Source of the DNA: Candidatus Krumholzibacteriia bacterium
GTDB lineage: Bacteria; Krumholzibacteriota; Krumholzibacteriia; LZORAL124-64-63
Assembly (NCBI GenBank): GCA_046484865.1
Contig: JAWOID010000022.1
Location: 1 to 29,229, forward strand
DNA: 29,229 bases
Direction: 5' to 3'
A program made the position numbers and the translations under genes. The notes under the pieces are model-generated. The model was not told where the DNA came from and did no database searches. It worked only from the letters and a program-made list of their open reading frames with translations. This document shows, in pieces, positions 15,682-24,851 of the stretch; position 1 is the stretch's first letter; each line of letters opens with the position of its first letter.

Positions 15682-17112
15682 ATGCCGACGGCAGAATGCG
15701 GCGACGGTACCCCCGGCGGCCAGCGGTCGTGGCGCTGGCGGGCGGACCCAGGCAGCGGTCGGCTCGAGCTATGCACTGCCCTTCGTGCTCATCTGGGCAT
15801 CGCGGCCACCGACCCCGCGGCCCAGGCCCGCGAACTCCTGCGCCGCCTGCACCCGGAGGATCGGCGGCGTCTGCTGAGGTTCCTCCGGAGCGAGGCGTGG
15901 CGGGACGGCCCCGGTTTCCGCCAGGAGATCCGGGTGCGCGCCGCCGGCGGCCGCCTGCACTGGTTCGCCGTCGCGGGAGCGGCAGAGCCGGACGACGGCG
16001 AGCCGGGATGTCTGGCCGGCACGGCCGCCGAACTGGACGAGACGCGGCTGGTGGCGGACGAACGCGACCTCCTCTTCAACCTCTCGCTCGACCTGCTGGG
16101 CATCGCCGGGCTGGACGGCTACCTGCGGCAACTGAACCCGGCCTGGGTGCGGATCCTCGGCTGGTCGCGCGACGATCTCATGGCGCGGCCCGTGCTGGAG
16201 ATCGTGCATCCCGAGGACCGCGAGCGCGTCGAGGCGGCGATGGTGGAACTGGCCGCCGGCCGCCCGGTCCAGGACCTCGAGGTGCGGTTCGCCGCCCGCG
16301 ACGGTTCCCACCGCTGGCTCTCGTTCAGCAACTTCCCGCTGCCGGACCGCAACGTCGTCTTCTCGGTGGCTCGCGACGTCACCGAGCACCGGGCCGTCGA
16401 GGAGCGGCTCCAGCAGTACCAGGATCGCTTGCGCCGGCTCAGCCTGCAACTGACGCGGGTCGAGGAGCGGCAGCGGCGAGACCTCGCCACCGCCCTGCAC
16501 GATGGTCTGGCGCAGGACCTGTTCGCCATCCGCACCCAGGCCGGGCTGCTGCAGCGGATCGAGCGCCTCGACGACCCGCAGGCGGTGGTGCGCAGCATCA
16601 TCGGAGGCCTGGACGGCGCCATGGAGAAGACGCGCAGCCTCACCTTCGAACTGCTGCCGCCGTCCCTGCACGAGGTGGGCCTGGAAGCGGCCCTGGAATG
16701 GCTGATCTCCAGCTGCGGGGAGCGATGGCGGCTGGAATGCCGCTTCACCGAGGCCGGCCCGGAAGTGGAACTGGCCGGGGACGAAAGGTCCATGCTCTAC
16801 CAGATCGTGCGCGAACTGCTGGCCAACGTGCACCGACACGCCGCTGCCGAGACCGTCACCGTCGCCGTGGAGCGTCGTCCCGGCCGCTGGCGGGTGACCG
16901 TGGAGGACGACGGCGCCGGCTTCGTCGTGGACGCCTCGGGCGAGCGCCCGGTGTCGGAGCCGTCGCTGGAGGGCGGTTTCGGGCTCTTCAGCATCCGCGA
17001 GCGCCTGCGCAGCCACGGCGGCCGGATGCAGGTGGACAGCGCGCCGGGGCGCGGCTGCCGGGTCATGGTCGAGATCCCCACCGCGACCGCCTCTGCGGTC
17101 GAACCGGACTGA
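15682..17112 (+). CDS. Cytoplasmic PAS-PAS sensor histidine kinase (HisKA_3, NarX/UhpB type)
   Basis: Two PAS domains (LHPEDRRR..., VHPEDRERV...ARDVTE), H-box EERQRRDLATALHDGLAQ, ELLANVHRHA, VEDDGAGF, GFGLFSIRER. No TM segment. Start uncertain. Confidence 0.92.
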   Translation: MPTAECGDGTPGGQRSWRWRADPGSGRLELCTALRAHLGIAATDPAAQARELLRRLHPEDRRRLLRFLRSEAWRDGPGFRQEIRVRAAGGRLHWFAVAGAAEPDDGEPGCLAGTAAELDETRLVADERDLLFNLSLDLLGIAGLDGYLRQLNPAWVRILGWSRDDLMARPVLEIVHPEDRERVEAAMVELAAGRPVQDLEVRFAARDGSHRWLSFSNFPLPDRNVVFSVARDVTEHRAVEERLQQYQDRLRRLSLQLTRVEERQRRDLATALHDGLAQDLFAIRTQAGLLQRIERLDDPQAVVRSIIGGLDGAMEKTRSLTFELLPPSLHEVGLEAALEWLISSCGERWRLECRFTEAGPEVELAGDERSMLYQIVRELLANVHRHAAAETVTVAVERRPGRWRVTVEDDGAGFVVDASGERPVSEPSLEGGFGLFSIRERLRSHGGRMQVDSAPGRGCRVMVEIPTATASAVEPD

Positions 17113-17122
17113 GGCCGCGGCC

Positions 17123-17998
17123 GTGGGCGAGATCTTCTCGTTGCTGTCCGCCGTGTTCTGGGGCCTGGCGGTCATCTTCTTCAAGCGGACCGGAGAGACG
17201 GTGGCGCCGCTGGCGCTCAATCTCTTCCGGGTCGCGTTCTCCAGCGCCGTTTTCCTGCTCACCCTCGCCGTCCTCCAGCAGCCGCTCCTGGGCGTGGCGC
17301 CGCCGCGCGATTACGCCATCCTCGCGGTGAGCGGGATCATCGCCATCGCCATTTCCGATACCTTCTTCCACATGGCGCTGAACCGGGTGGGGGCGGGCAT
17401 CCAGGCCGTGGTCGACTGTCTCTACTCGCCGGCGGTGGTACTGTTCGGGTTCTTGTTGCTCGACGAACGGCTCGGACCGGGGCAGTTCGTGGGCATGGGG
17501 CTCGTGATCGCCGGCGTCGTCGTCGCGGCCGGACACGCCCCGCCGCCCGGCACGTCGGGCCGCACCCTGGCGGCGGGAGTGGCGTTCGGCGTCATCGCGA
17601 TGGCGACGCTGGCCCTGGGCATCGTCATCGCCAAGCCGGTCCTCGAGCGCTCGTCCGTGCTGTGGGCCACCGCGGTGCGCCAGCTCGTCAGCCTCGTCGT
17701 GCTGCTGGCCCTCGCCCTGCTGTCGCCGCGCCACCGTTTCATGCTGAAGGCGCTGCGGCCCCACCGGGACTGGCGGTTCAGCGTGCCCGGCACGCTGCTC
17801 GGGTCGTACATCGCCCTGCTGTGCTGGATCGCCGGCATGAAGCTGACGCGGGCGGGCACGGCGGCCATCTTCAACCAGACCAGCACCATCTTCATCTTCG
17901 TCTTCGCCGCGCTGCTGCTGCGCGAGCCGTTCACCCGGCGCAAGGCGCTGGCCGGAGTGCTGGCGCTCGCGGGCATCGTCGTCACGATGGCGTCGTGA
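17123..17998 (+). CDS. DMT/EamA family transporter
   Basis: About 10 hydrophobic helices in two repeats; SAVFWGLAVIFFK, LLLDERLG, LLLREPFT. Confidence 0.9.
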   Translation: MGEIFSLLSAVFWGLAVIFFKRTGETVAPLALNLFRVAFSSAVFLLTLAVLQQPLLGVAPPRDYAILAVSGIIAIAISDTFFHMALNRVGAGIQAVVDCLYSPAVVLFGFLLLDERLGPGQFVGMGLVIAGVVVAAGHAPPPGTSGRTLAAGVAFGVIAMATLALGIVIAKPVLERSSVLWATAVRQLVSLVVLLALALLSPRHRFMLKALRPHRDWRFSVPGTLLGSYIALLCWIAGMKLTRAGTAAIFNQTSTIFIFVFAALLLREPFTRRKALAGVLALAGIVVTMAS

Positions 17999-18034
17999 AC
18001 CGCTGGAGCGGACCGGCCGCCGGTCTCGCCGGTG

Positions 18035-19216
18035 CTATCGGTACGCCGCCAGCCCGGTGATCTCCTGTCCCACGACGAGGGTGTGGATGTCGTGGGTCCC
18101 CTCGTAGGTGTAGACCGATTCCAGGTTGGTCATGTGGCGGCCCGGCGAGTACTCGTCGGTGATGCCGGCCGCACCGAGCACGTCCCGCGCCGTCCGCGCG
18201 CAATCCAGGGCCATGGCCACGTTGTTGCGCTTGGCGAGCGAGACGAGGGGCACCTCGTTGACGCCGCGGTCCTTCAATCGGCCCAGCTGCAGGGCGAGAG
18301 CCTGAGCCTTGGTGATCTCGGTGAGCATGCGCACGAGCTTCTCCTGAACGAGCTGGAACCCGGCGATCGGCCGGCCGAATTGCTGGCGTTCCAGGGCATA
18401 CTCGCGTGCCACGTGGAAGCAGTCGGCGGCCGCGCCCACCGCGCCCCAGGCGATCCCGTAACGGGCCTCGTTCAGGCAGGAGAGCGGAGCCCACAGGTTC
18501 CGTGCGCCGGGCAGCCGGCGGCTCTCGGGCACGCGGACCGCATCGAGCACCAGCTCGCCGGTGTCGGACGCCCGCAGGCTGTACTTGCCGTGCACCTCCT
18601 GGGTGGAGAATCCGTCGGTCCCGCGTTCCACCAGGAACCCGTGCACACCCGGCTTGCCGTCCTCGCGCTGCACTCGTGCCCAGACCAGCGCCACGTCGGC
18701 CAGGTTGGCGTTCGTGATCCACATCTTGCTGCCGTTCAGCACCCACCCGTCGCCGTCGCGCTCGGCCCTGGTCTCCATGCCGCCGGGGTCGCTGCCGTGG
18801 GCGGCCTCGGTCAGTCCGAAGCAGCCCACGAGCCGGCCGGCGGCCAGCTCGGGCAGGAATCGCCGCTGCTGCTCCTCGCTGCCGAAGGTGGCGATCGGCC
18901 ACATGACGAGCGATCCCTGCACCGAGGCGAAGCTGCGCAGCCCGCTGTCGCCGCGCTCCAGTTCCTGGCAGATGATGCCGTAGATCGTGGCGGTGAGGCC
19001 GGGGCAGCCCGGACCTTTCACCGACGAACCGAGCAGCCCGAGCCGCGCCAGTTCCGGCACGACCTCGCGCGGGAAGGTTCCCCGGGCGTGATGGTCCTTG
19101 ACGAGGGGCAGGAAGCTGCGTTCGACGAAGCCGCGCACCATCTGCTGGACGGAGCGCTCCTCGTCGCTCAGACTCTCGTTGAAGCGGTAGAAGTCGACGC
19201 CCTTGAACGGCTGCAT
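18035..19216 (-). CDS. gcdH: Acyl-CoA dehydrogenase, glutaryl-CoA dehydrogenase type
   Basis: ELERGDSGLRSFASVQGSLVM, GCFGLTEAAHGSDPGGM, NGSKMWITN, CLNEARYGIAWG, and the C-terminal NLESVYTYEGTHDIHTL. RBS GGAG precedes ATG 19216. Confidence 0.93.
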   Translation of the reverse strand: MQPFKGVDFYRFNESLSDEERSVQQMVRGFVERSFLPLVKDHHARGTFPREVVPELARLGLLGSSVKGPGCPGLTATIYGIICQELERGDSGLRSFASVQGSLVMWPIATFGSEEQQRRFLPELAAGRLVGCFGLTEAAHGSDPGGMETRAERDGDGWVLNGSKMWITNANLADVALVWARVQREDGKPGVHGFLVERGTDGFSTQEVHGKYSLRASDTGELVLDAVRVPESRRLPGARNLWAPLSCLNEARYGIAWGAVGAAADCFHVAREYALERQQFGRPIAGFQLVQEKLVRMLTEITKAQALALQLGRLKDRGVNEVPLVSLAKRNNVAMALDCARTARDVLGAAGITDEYSPGRHMTNLESVYTYEGTHDIHTLVVGQEITGLAAYR

Positions 19217-19437
19217 GGCAATCTCCGGGGAAGGAATGTGGGCAGCGGCTCGCTCCGCCGGGCCGCCTTGCGGCCGGCTCCGGCGCCGGTGCGGCCGGCC
19301 TGCCCGGGATCGTGCGACCGGGTGCAAAGTTACGCAAGCGCTGCTCGATCGCCAGGCGGCGTTCCGGCACGCGCGGTGGCGGGAAACGGCGCGAGACGTG
19401 CTCGAGGTGCGATGTGAGAGGGACGGGTCTGCGCTGG

Positions 19438-21465
19438 ATGAGAGCCTGGGCCGGAGCAGGTGCCTGGGCCTTCCTGCTGGCCGCCGCCGTCGGCGCGCTG
19501 GAGGCGGTCGGACGCGGCGTGCTGGACGCGGTGGCGGCGGGCACCTTCGCCGCCGGAACGGTGGCGCAGGAGACGCTCGCCCAGGTGGCGGTGTACGGCT
19601 GGACCGCCGCCGCCATGGGATGGGCGCTCTTCTGGCCGGCGCTGCTGGTGGGCAGGACGCGCCCGCGTCCGCGACGCAGCACGTTCGCGGTGGCGGTGGC
19701 CGGAGCAGCGGCCGGCCTGCTGGTGATCTACGCCGATCACGTGGCCCGCAACCACGTCTGGCCCGGCCTCTGGGACGAGGCCGGCGTCGGTGCGCGGATC
19801 CTCCTGACGATTCTCTGGTTCGCGCTCCTGCTGGTGCTCACGAGCCCTGCCGATCGCCTGGCGGGGTTCATCGCTCGCCGGTCCGATCTGTTCCTGGTCG
19901 TGCCGCTCGCCCTCATGGCGGGCAGCCTCTGGCTGTATCCGGACGGAGAGACGCACGCCCGGGTCGAGCGCCTGGCCCACCTGGAGCGCCGGAGCGGCGA
20001 GGCGGTCGGCCCGGACGATGCCCGCCCGCACGTGGTGCTGGTGACCGTCGGCGACTGGCGGCGCGATCACCTGTCCGCCGCGGCAGCGGCGTCGCCGCCC
20101 ACCCCGCACCTCGACGGGCTCGCCGCCGAGGGAGTGCGCTTCGACCGCGCGTACACCGCCTCGCCCGCGACGCTGCCGGCGCTGGCGGGAATCATGACGG
20201 GCTGGCCGGCACGCGTCACGGGAGTCGAGCGCGTCGCGCCGCTGCCGCCGGCCGCGGCGACCCTGGCGGAGGTCGCCTGGCGCCACGGGTACGACACCGC
20301 GGCGTTCGTCACCGGCGCCCATCTCCTCCCGTTCTTCGACTTCGACCGCGGCTTTCTCCACTTCGAGCACGCGCTGCGGCTCGAGTTCCTCGCGCCCGCG
20401 GCCCGGTCGGTGCTCGTGCGTCAGGCCACTCGCTACGCGGAGGAGAACGCCGGCGCGGAGGACGCGGAGTACGTCGTGACCAAGGCGATCCGCTGGCTGG
20501 AGCACCGCCCGGGCGACGCGCCGTTCTTGCTGTGGGTGCACCTCCACGACGTCCGCCTGCCGTACCGGTGGCGCGACCTGCCCGCCGTGACCGACGCGCC
20601 GGCGACGACCGCGGCCGGCGGGCGTCCGCCCGACCGCGCCGAGACGCGTCCGGCCGGACGCCTGGACGACGGCGAGGTGACCGTCGAGGATCTGCGCGCG
20701 CACCGCGCCGGCTCGTGGCATCCGGTCCAGGCCGAACGGAGGGCGATCGCCGCACTCTACGCTCGCGAGGTCCAGTACGCCGACGCGTGGCTCGGGCGCC
20801 TGTTCACGGCCCTGCGGGAGCTCCGGCTCTGGGACCGGTCGATCGTGATCGCCACCGCCGATCACGGACAGGAACTGTTCGATCACGGCGGATTCGGGCA
20901 CGGGCACACCCTGTTGCCGGAGGTGGTCGGCGTACCGCTGCTCGTCAAGACGGCGCGAGCTGGTGGACCGGCTGCGCCTTCGCCGTCCGGTACGGTCAGA
21001 ACGGAGGTCGTGACGACGCTCGCCGTGCTGCCCACCGTGGCCGAGCTCGCCGGCTGGGAACTTCCGTCCGGACCCGGTCCGCTGCCACACGCATCGCTGG
21101 TGCCGCTGCTCGATGCACCGGCGGAGCCGCCGCAGACGCCGCGGCCGCGGCGTGAGCTGATGTTGCTGGAGGGAGCGGTCGTGGGACCGCCAGGCTTCGG
21201 CGTGGTGGACGACTCTCTTTACCTGATCATTGCGAGCGATCCGCCGGACACCACCTGGATCGCACCGGACGATCCGCTCGCCCGCGCACCGCTGGGTGCG
21301 CCGCCCGCGGACACCAGCGGGTTCGCGGCGCGCGTGGACGCCGCGCTGGCGGCCATGGCCGGTCCGCGGGAGGCGATGGAGCGATCCCGCCATCGCGCGG
21401 GAGCGGCCGGGACGGACGACGTTCCCGCGGAGGTGCGGCGCAGCCTCCGGTCGCGCGGCCACTGA
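19438..21465 (+). CDS. Membrane-anchored sulfatase-like / alkaline-phosphatase-superfamily hydrolase or transferase
   Basis: About 5 N-terminal TM helices, then PHVVLVTVGDWRRDHL...TPHLDGLAAEGVRFDRAYTASPATLPA...IMTG, FDRGF, PFLLWVHLHD, YAREVQYADAWLG, TADHG, GHGHTL. Start uncertain (GTG 19414 or ATG 19438). Confidence 0.85.
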   Translation: MRAWAGAGAWAFLLAAAVGALEAVGRGVLDAVAAGTFAAGTVAQETLAQVAVYGWTAAAMGWALFWPALLVGRTRPRPRRSTFAVAVAGAAAGLLVIYADHVARNHVWPGLWDEAGVGARILLTILWFALLLVLTSPADRLAGFIARRSDLFLVVPLALMAGSLWLYPDGETHARVERLAHLERRSGEAVGPDDARPHVVLVTVGDWRRDHLSAAAAASPPTPHLDGLAAEGVRFDRAYTASPATLPALAGIMTGWPARVTGVERVAPLPPAAATLAEVAWRHGYDTAAFVTGAHLLPFFDFDRGFLHFEHALRLEFLAPAARSVLVRQATRYAEENAGAEDAEYVVTKAIRWLEHRPGDAPFLLWVHLHDVRLPYRWRDLPAVTDAPATTAAGGRPPDRAETRPAGRLDDGEVTVEDLRAHRAGSWHPVQAERRAIAALYAREVQYADAWLGRLFTALRELRLWDRSIVIATADHGQELFDHGGFGHGHTLLPEVVGVPLLVKTARAGGPAAPSPSGTVRTEVVTTLAVLPTVAELAGWELPSGPGPLPHASLVPLLDAPAEPPQTPRPRRELMLLEGAVVGPPGFGVVDDSLYLIIASDPPDTTWIAPDDPLARAPLGAPPADTSGFAARVDAALAAMAGPREAMERSRHRAGAAGTDDVPAEVRRSLRSRGH

Positions 21466-21505
21466 GCGCCGGGCCGGCTGCGTGGATTGGTCGAAGGGAG
21501 ACCTG

Positions 21506-23545
21506 GTGCGGCGTGCGGCCTGGCTCGCGTATCTTCCGGCACTCCTGCTGCTGGCCGCCTACCTGCAGCCGGTGGGCGGATCGTGGCGCGAACGCGTGGT
21601 GGGCCCCTTCCTCGGCATCGACGCCATCCTGCAGACCGGCATCCTGGAGTGGACCGGACGGCACTGGTGGCAGCCGGCGGTCTGGTCCGGGTTGCCGATC
21701 TTCCACCCGGCCGGCGGGGCCACAGCCTTCATGGATGGACTGGTCGGCCAGGCGCTGCTGGTGTGGCCGTTGCGGCTGGTGCCGGGCGTCAATCCCGTGC
21801 TGCTCTACAACGCGGCCTGGCTGGGAGCGATGCTGGTGGGCGCGGCGGCTTTGCTGTGGCTCTGGAGCGCGAGCGGTCCGGGGCGAGATCGGCAGGCCAT
21901 GTCCGAGACCGTCGCCGCGCAGAGCGCGCCTGCCGTGCCCGGGAAGCCGCTCGACGGCACCGCCGGGCACCTCGCCCGGGGCGCGTTGCTGCTGGTCCTG
22001 CTCGGCTCCCCGTACACGCTGAGCCAGCTCGGGCATCTCAACCAGCTGCCGCCGCCGGGGCCGCCGCTGGCCCTGGCCGGGCTGCTGCTGGCCTTGCGCA
22101 GGCGGCGGCCGGCGCGGGAGGTCCGGGCGACCCGGACAACCGCGTCGCCCATGCAAGAGCGGCGGCCGGTACCGGCGGCGGGAACGGCCGAGAGCAGCGT
22201 GACGCCGGCAGCGCCCGGCGCGGGGCCCGGCAGGACGGGACTCTGGATCTGGGCCGCAGCCGTCACGTTGCAGGCGGCCTGGGGCTGGTACGGCCTGGCC
22301 GCCACGCTGGTCGTCTCGGCGCTGGTGCTGCTGCCGGTGCTCGCCCACGCCTGGCACCGGCAGACGGTGCTCGCGTGGCTGCGCGCCCTGGCCGGACCCG
22401 TCGCGGCGGCCGCGGCCGGGGTGCTGCTGCTGGCCTGGCCGTATCTCGCGGCGGCCGGCCGGCAGCCGGAGTACCGGCGCACGGCCGCAGAGGTGCGCGT
22501 CTTCGCCGCGGATCTGCCCGACCTGGTGAACACGGGCGCCTATCGCTGGGGATGGTCGGACGTGACCGGGCGCAGGCTCACCGCCGGCGAGCGGGCGGTG
22601 CACCGGCGCCGGCAGGTCCTGCATCCGGGCTGGTTGGCGCTGGGGGTGGCGGCCTACGGGGTGGCACGGCGGCGGCGCATCGGTTCGCACACCCGGCAGG
22701 CGGGCGACTTCCTGCTCGCCGCGGGTCTGGCGGGAATGGTGCTGGCGTTTGGCGAGTCGGCGGTGGTACCCGGCACGGCGACCCGGGTGCCGCTGCCGCT
22801 GGGGGTGTTGCAGGAGGCGTTGCCGCCGCTGCAGTCGCTGCGGGCGGTGACGCGCTTTTCATACCTGATGGTTCTCGCGGTGGCATGGTGGGCGGCGGTG
22901 GGCCTGGGCCTGCTGGCGGCGGCCGACCGGCGGCCCCGGGGGACGGCGCTCGCTGCCGGACTCCTCGGGCTGATCCTGCTGGAATCGTGGCCGGTGGGAC
23001 TGACGGCCGTGGAACCGTACCGGCCGACGTCCCTTGCGCACTGGCCGCGGGCGGCCGACCCCGTCGCGTCGTTGCCGTCCGGGGCCGTGCTCACCCTGCC
23101 GGCGCCGGCGACCGAGCAGCAGGAGGACCGCACCGAGGCGCGCTGGCTGCTGCGGGCGCTGTCGCACGGCCACCCGGTGACCGGTGGCGTCTCCGGCTGG
23201 GTGCCGCCGGAGGCTCGAGAGCTGCGAATCCGTTTGAACCAGGTTCTCAGGGGTGAGGCGGATCTGGATACATTGATGGAAGATATGCGAGACGCGGGTG
23301 TGCTCTACGTGGAGGTCGCGGCGGATCCCGAAAGCCCCGACGCGGCGGCGGCATCGCGGCGCTGGCAGGACTTGCTGGCCGTCCGGGGAGGGCCGTGGCT
23401 CCCGTCGGTGCCCGGCTATCGGTACCTGGTCATCGCGCGGGACGCTGCCGCTGAAGCGGCTCGGACACGGGGCGCGGCGACGCTCCGCCGCAGAGCGTCG
23501 CTGCCGAGTTCGATGGAGATCGCGGACACGGGACCGACGGGCTAG
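21506..23545 (+). CDS. Multi-pass membrane protein, YfhO/GT-C glycosyltransferase-like
   Basis: RBS AAGGGAG precedes GTG 21506. TM1 is followed by a loop Asp (GIDAILQ..ILEW...PIFHP). Many TMs follow, with PYLAA, LHPGW, LRAVTRF and a soluble C-terminal part (GAVLTLP...HGHPVTGGVSGWVPP). Pattern recognition only. Confidence 0.65.
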   Translation: MRRAAWLAYLPALLLLAAYLQPVGGSWRERVVGPFLGIDAILQTGILEWTGRHWWQPAVWSGLPIFHPAGGATAFMDGLVGQALLVWPLRLVPGVNPVLLYNAAWLGAMLVGAAALLWLWSASGPGRDRQAMSETVAAQSAPAVPGKPLDGTAGHLARGALLLVLLGSPYTLSQLGHLNQLPPPGPPLALAGLLLALRRRRPAREVRATRTTASPMQERRPVPAAGTAESSVTPAAPGAGPGRTGLWIWAAAVTLQAAWGWYGLAATLVVSALVLLPVLAHAWHRQTVLAWLRALAGPVAAAAAGVLLLAWPYLAAAGRQPEYRRTAAEVRVFAADLPDLVNTGAYRWGWSDVTGRRLTAGERAVHRRRQVLHPGWLALGVAAYGVARRRRIGSHTRQAGDFLLAAGLAGMVLAFGESAVVPGTATRVPLPLGVLQEALPPLQSLRAVTRFSYLMVLAVAWWAAVGLGLLAAADRRPRGTALAAGLLGLILLESWPVGLTAVEPYRPTSLAHWPRAADPVASLPSGAVLTLPAPATEQQEDRTEARWLLRALSHGHPVTGGVSGWVPPEARELRIRLNQVLRGEADLDTLMEDMRDAGVLYVEVAADPESPDAAAASRRWQDLLAVRGGPWLPSVPGYRYLVIARDAAAEAARTRGAATLRRRASLPSSMEIADTGPTG

Positions 23546-23551
23546 CGCGAC

Positions 23552-23770
23552 CTAGAGCGACTGGACCGATTGCACCTCGGGGATCCTCTGGCGCAGCCGC
23601 GCCTCGATTCCCTGCTTGAGCGTCATCATGCTCATGGGGCAGTTGCCGCAGGCGCCCTTGAGCCGCACGGTCACGATGCCGTCGTTGAAGTCGATGAACT
23701 CGACGTCGCCGCCATCGGCCTGCAGCGCCGGGCGGATGGTCTCGAGCACCTCGCGGATCTTCTGCTCCAT
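23552..23770 (-). CDS. NifU-like (Nfu) Fe-S cluster carrier protein, 72 aa
   Basis: IRPALQADGGDVEF...VRLKGACGNCPMSMMTLKQGIE with CxxC. RBS AAAGGA precedes ATG 23770. Confidence 0.95.
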   Translation of the reverse strand: MEQKIREVLETIRPALQADGGDVEFIDFNDGIVTVRLKGACGNCPMSMMTLKQGIEARLRQRIPEVQSVQSL

Positions 23771-23824
23771 GGCGGTCCTTTCGGTCCGAAGCGGGGCATG
23801 ATGCGGCACATGATGGTGCAGTGA

Positions 23825-23852
23825 AAGCTACAGCGTGGCCGTAGGTTGTCAA
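23825..23852 (-). promoter_or_regulatory. Putative sigma70-type promoter of the NifU-like gene
   Basis: Minus strand: TTGACA (23852-23847) - 16 nt - TAGCTT (23830-23825). Confidence 0.55.
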
Positions 23853-23948
23853 GAGCGTGGCCCTCGCGAGCGGCGGCCGCAGTTCCGCGCCGGTCGGCGT
23901 TGCGACTCGCGTCGCGTGGCCCCGGCGAGCAGCGTATTCAGCCGGCGC

Positions 23949-23977
23949 TTGTTGCCGGGCGTCTCCGCTCCTATGAT
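23949..23977 (+). promoter_or_regulatory. Putative sigma70-type promoter of the suhB operon
   Basis: TTGTTG (23949-23954) - 17 nt - TATGAT (23972-23977). Confidence 0.55.
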
Positions 23978-24013
23978 CGCGGCCGCAGGAACCACGACCG
24001 GGAAGGAGACGGG

Positions 24014-24823
24014 ATGGGGCTGGAGGGGCGCGAGGAGGCGCAGGTGGCGCGAGATCTGGCCGTCGCAGCCGGATCGCTGCTGCTGGAAAACCTGGGCCGG
24101 CTCTCGCACGTGGAACGCAAGTCGGCCACGGAACTCGTGACCGATCTCGACCGGCAGGTGGAGGAGCGGATCCTCGCCGGCCTGGCGACGGCTTTCCCGG
24201 GCGATGCCATCCACGCCGAGGAGAGCGGCGATGCCGCGGGAGACTCGGGTCGCACCTGGTACGTCGACCCGCTCGACGGGACCACGAACTACGTGCATGG
24301 GCATCCGTTCTTCTCCGTCTCGGTGGCGGTGGCCGACGCCGGCGGACTGCTGGCCGCGGTGGTGCATGCGCCGTACCTCGATCAGCTCTTCGCGGCGGTT
24401 CGCGGCGAGGGCGCCGTCGCGGAGCGGCCCCGCAATGCCGAGGTCCGTCCCCTGCCGGCGCGACGGCCGGTGCGGCTCGAGGATGCCTTGCTGGCCACCG
24501 GCTTTCCCTATCGGCGCGATGCCACCGTCGATCGCAACGTGGAGTACATGCGGCGCTTTTTGCGGGCGGGCTGTCATGGCGTGCGACGCGGCGGCAGCGC
24601 GGCCCTCGACCTGGCCCACACGGCCGCCGGGGTGCTGGACGGATTCTGGGAGATGCGCCTGCGTCCCTGGGACGTGGCGGCGGGGACGCTCCTGGCGCGC
24701 GAGACCGGTTGCCGGGTGACCGACCTGAGCGGCCGCGAGAGCATGCTGCAGTGGGACGAGATCCTGGCGGCGCCGCCGGCGCTGCACGAGCGGATGTGCG
24801 CCGTGCTGAACGCTGCGCCGTGA
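24014..24823 (+). CDS. suhB: Inositol monophosphatase family protein
   Basis: ELVTDLD, AEES, WYVDPLDGTTNYVHG, ATGFPY, RRGGSAALDLA, WDVAAG. RBS AAGGAG precedes ATG 24014. Confidence 0.95.
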   Translation: MGLEGREEAQVARDLAVAAGSLLLENLGRLSHVERKSATELVTDLDRQVEERILAGLATAFPGDAIHAEESGDAAGDSGRTWYVDPLDGTTNYVHGHPFFSVSVAVADAGGLLAAVVHAPYLDQLFAAVRGEGAVAERPRNAEVRPLPARRPVRLEDALLATGFPYRRDATVDRNVEYMRRFLRAGCHGVRRGGSAALDLAHTAAGVLDGFWEMRLRPWDVAAGTLLARETGCRVTDLSGRESMLQWDEILAAPPALHERMCAVLNAAP

Positions 24824-24851
24824 ACCGCAGTCGGCCTCGAGAGGAGACCAC

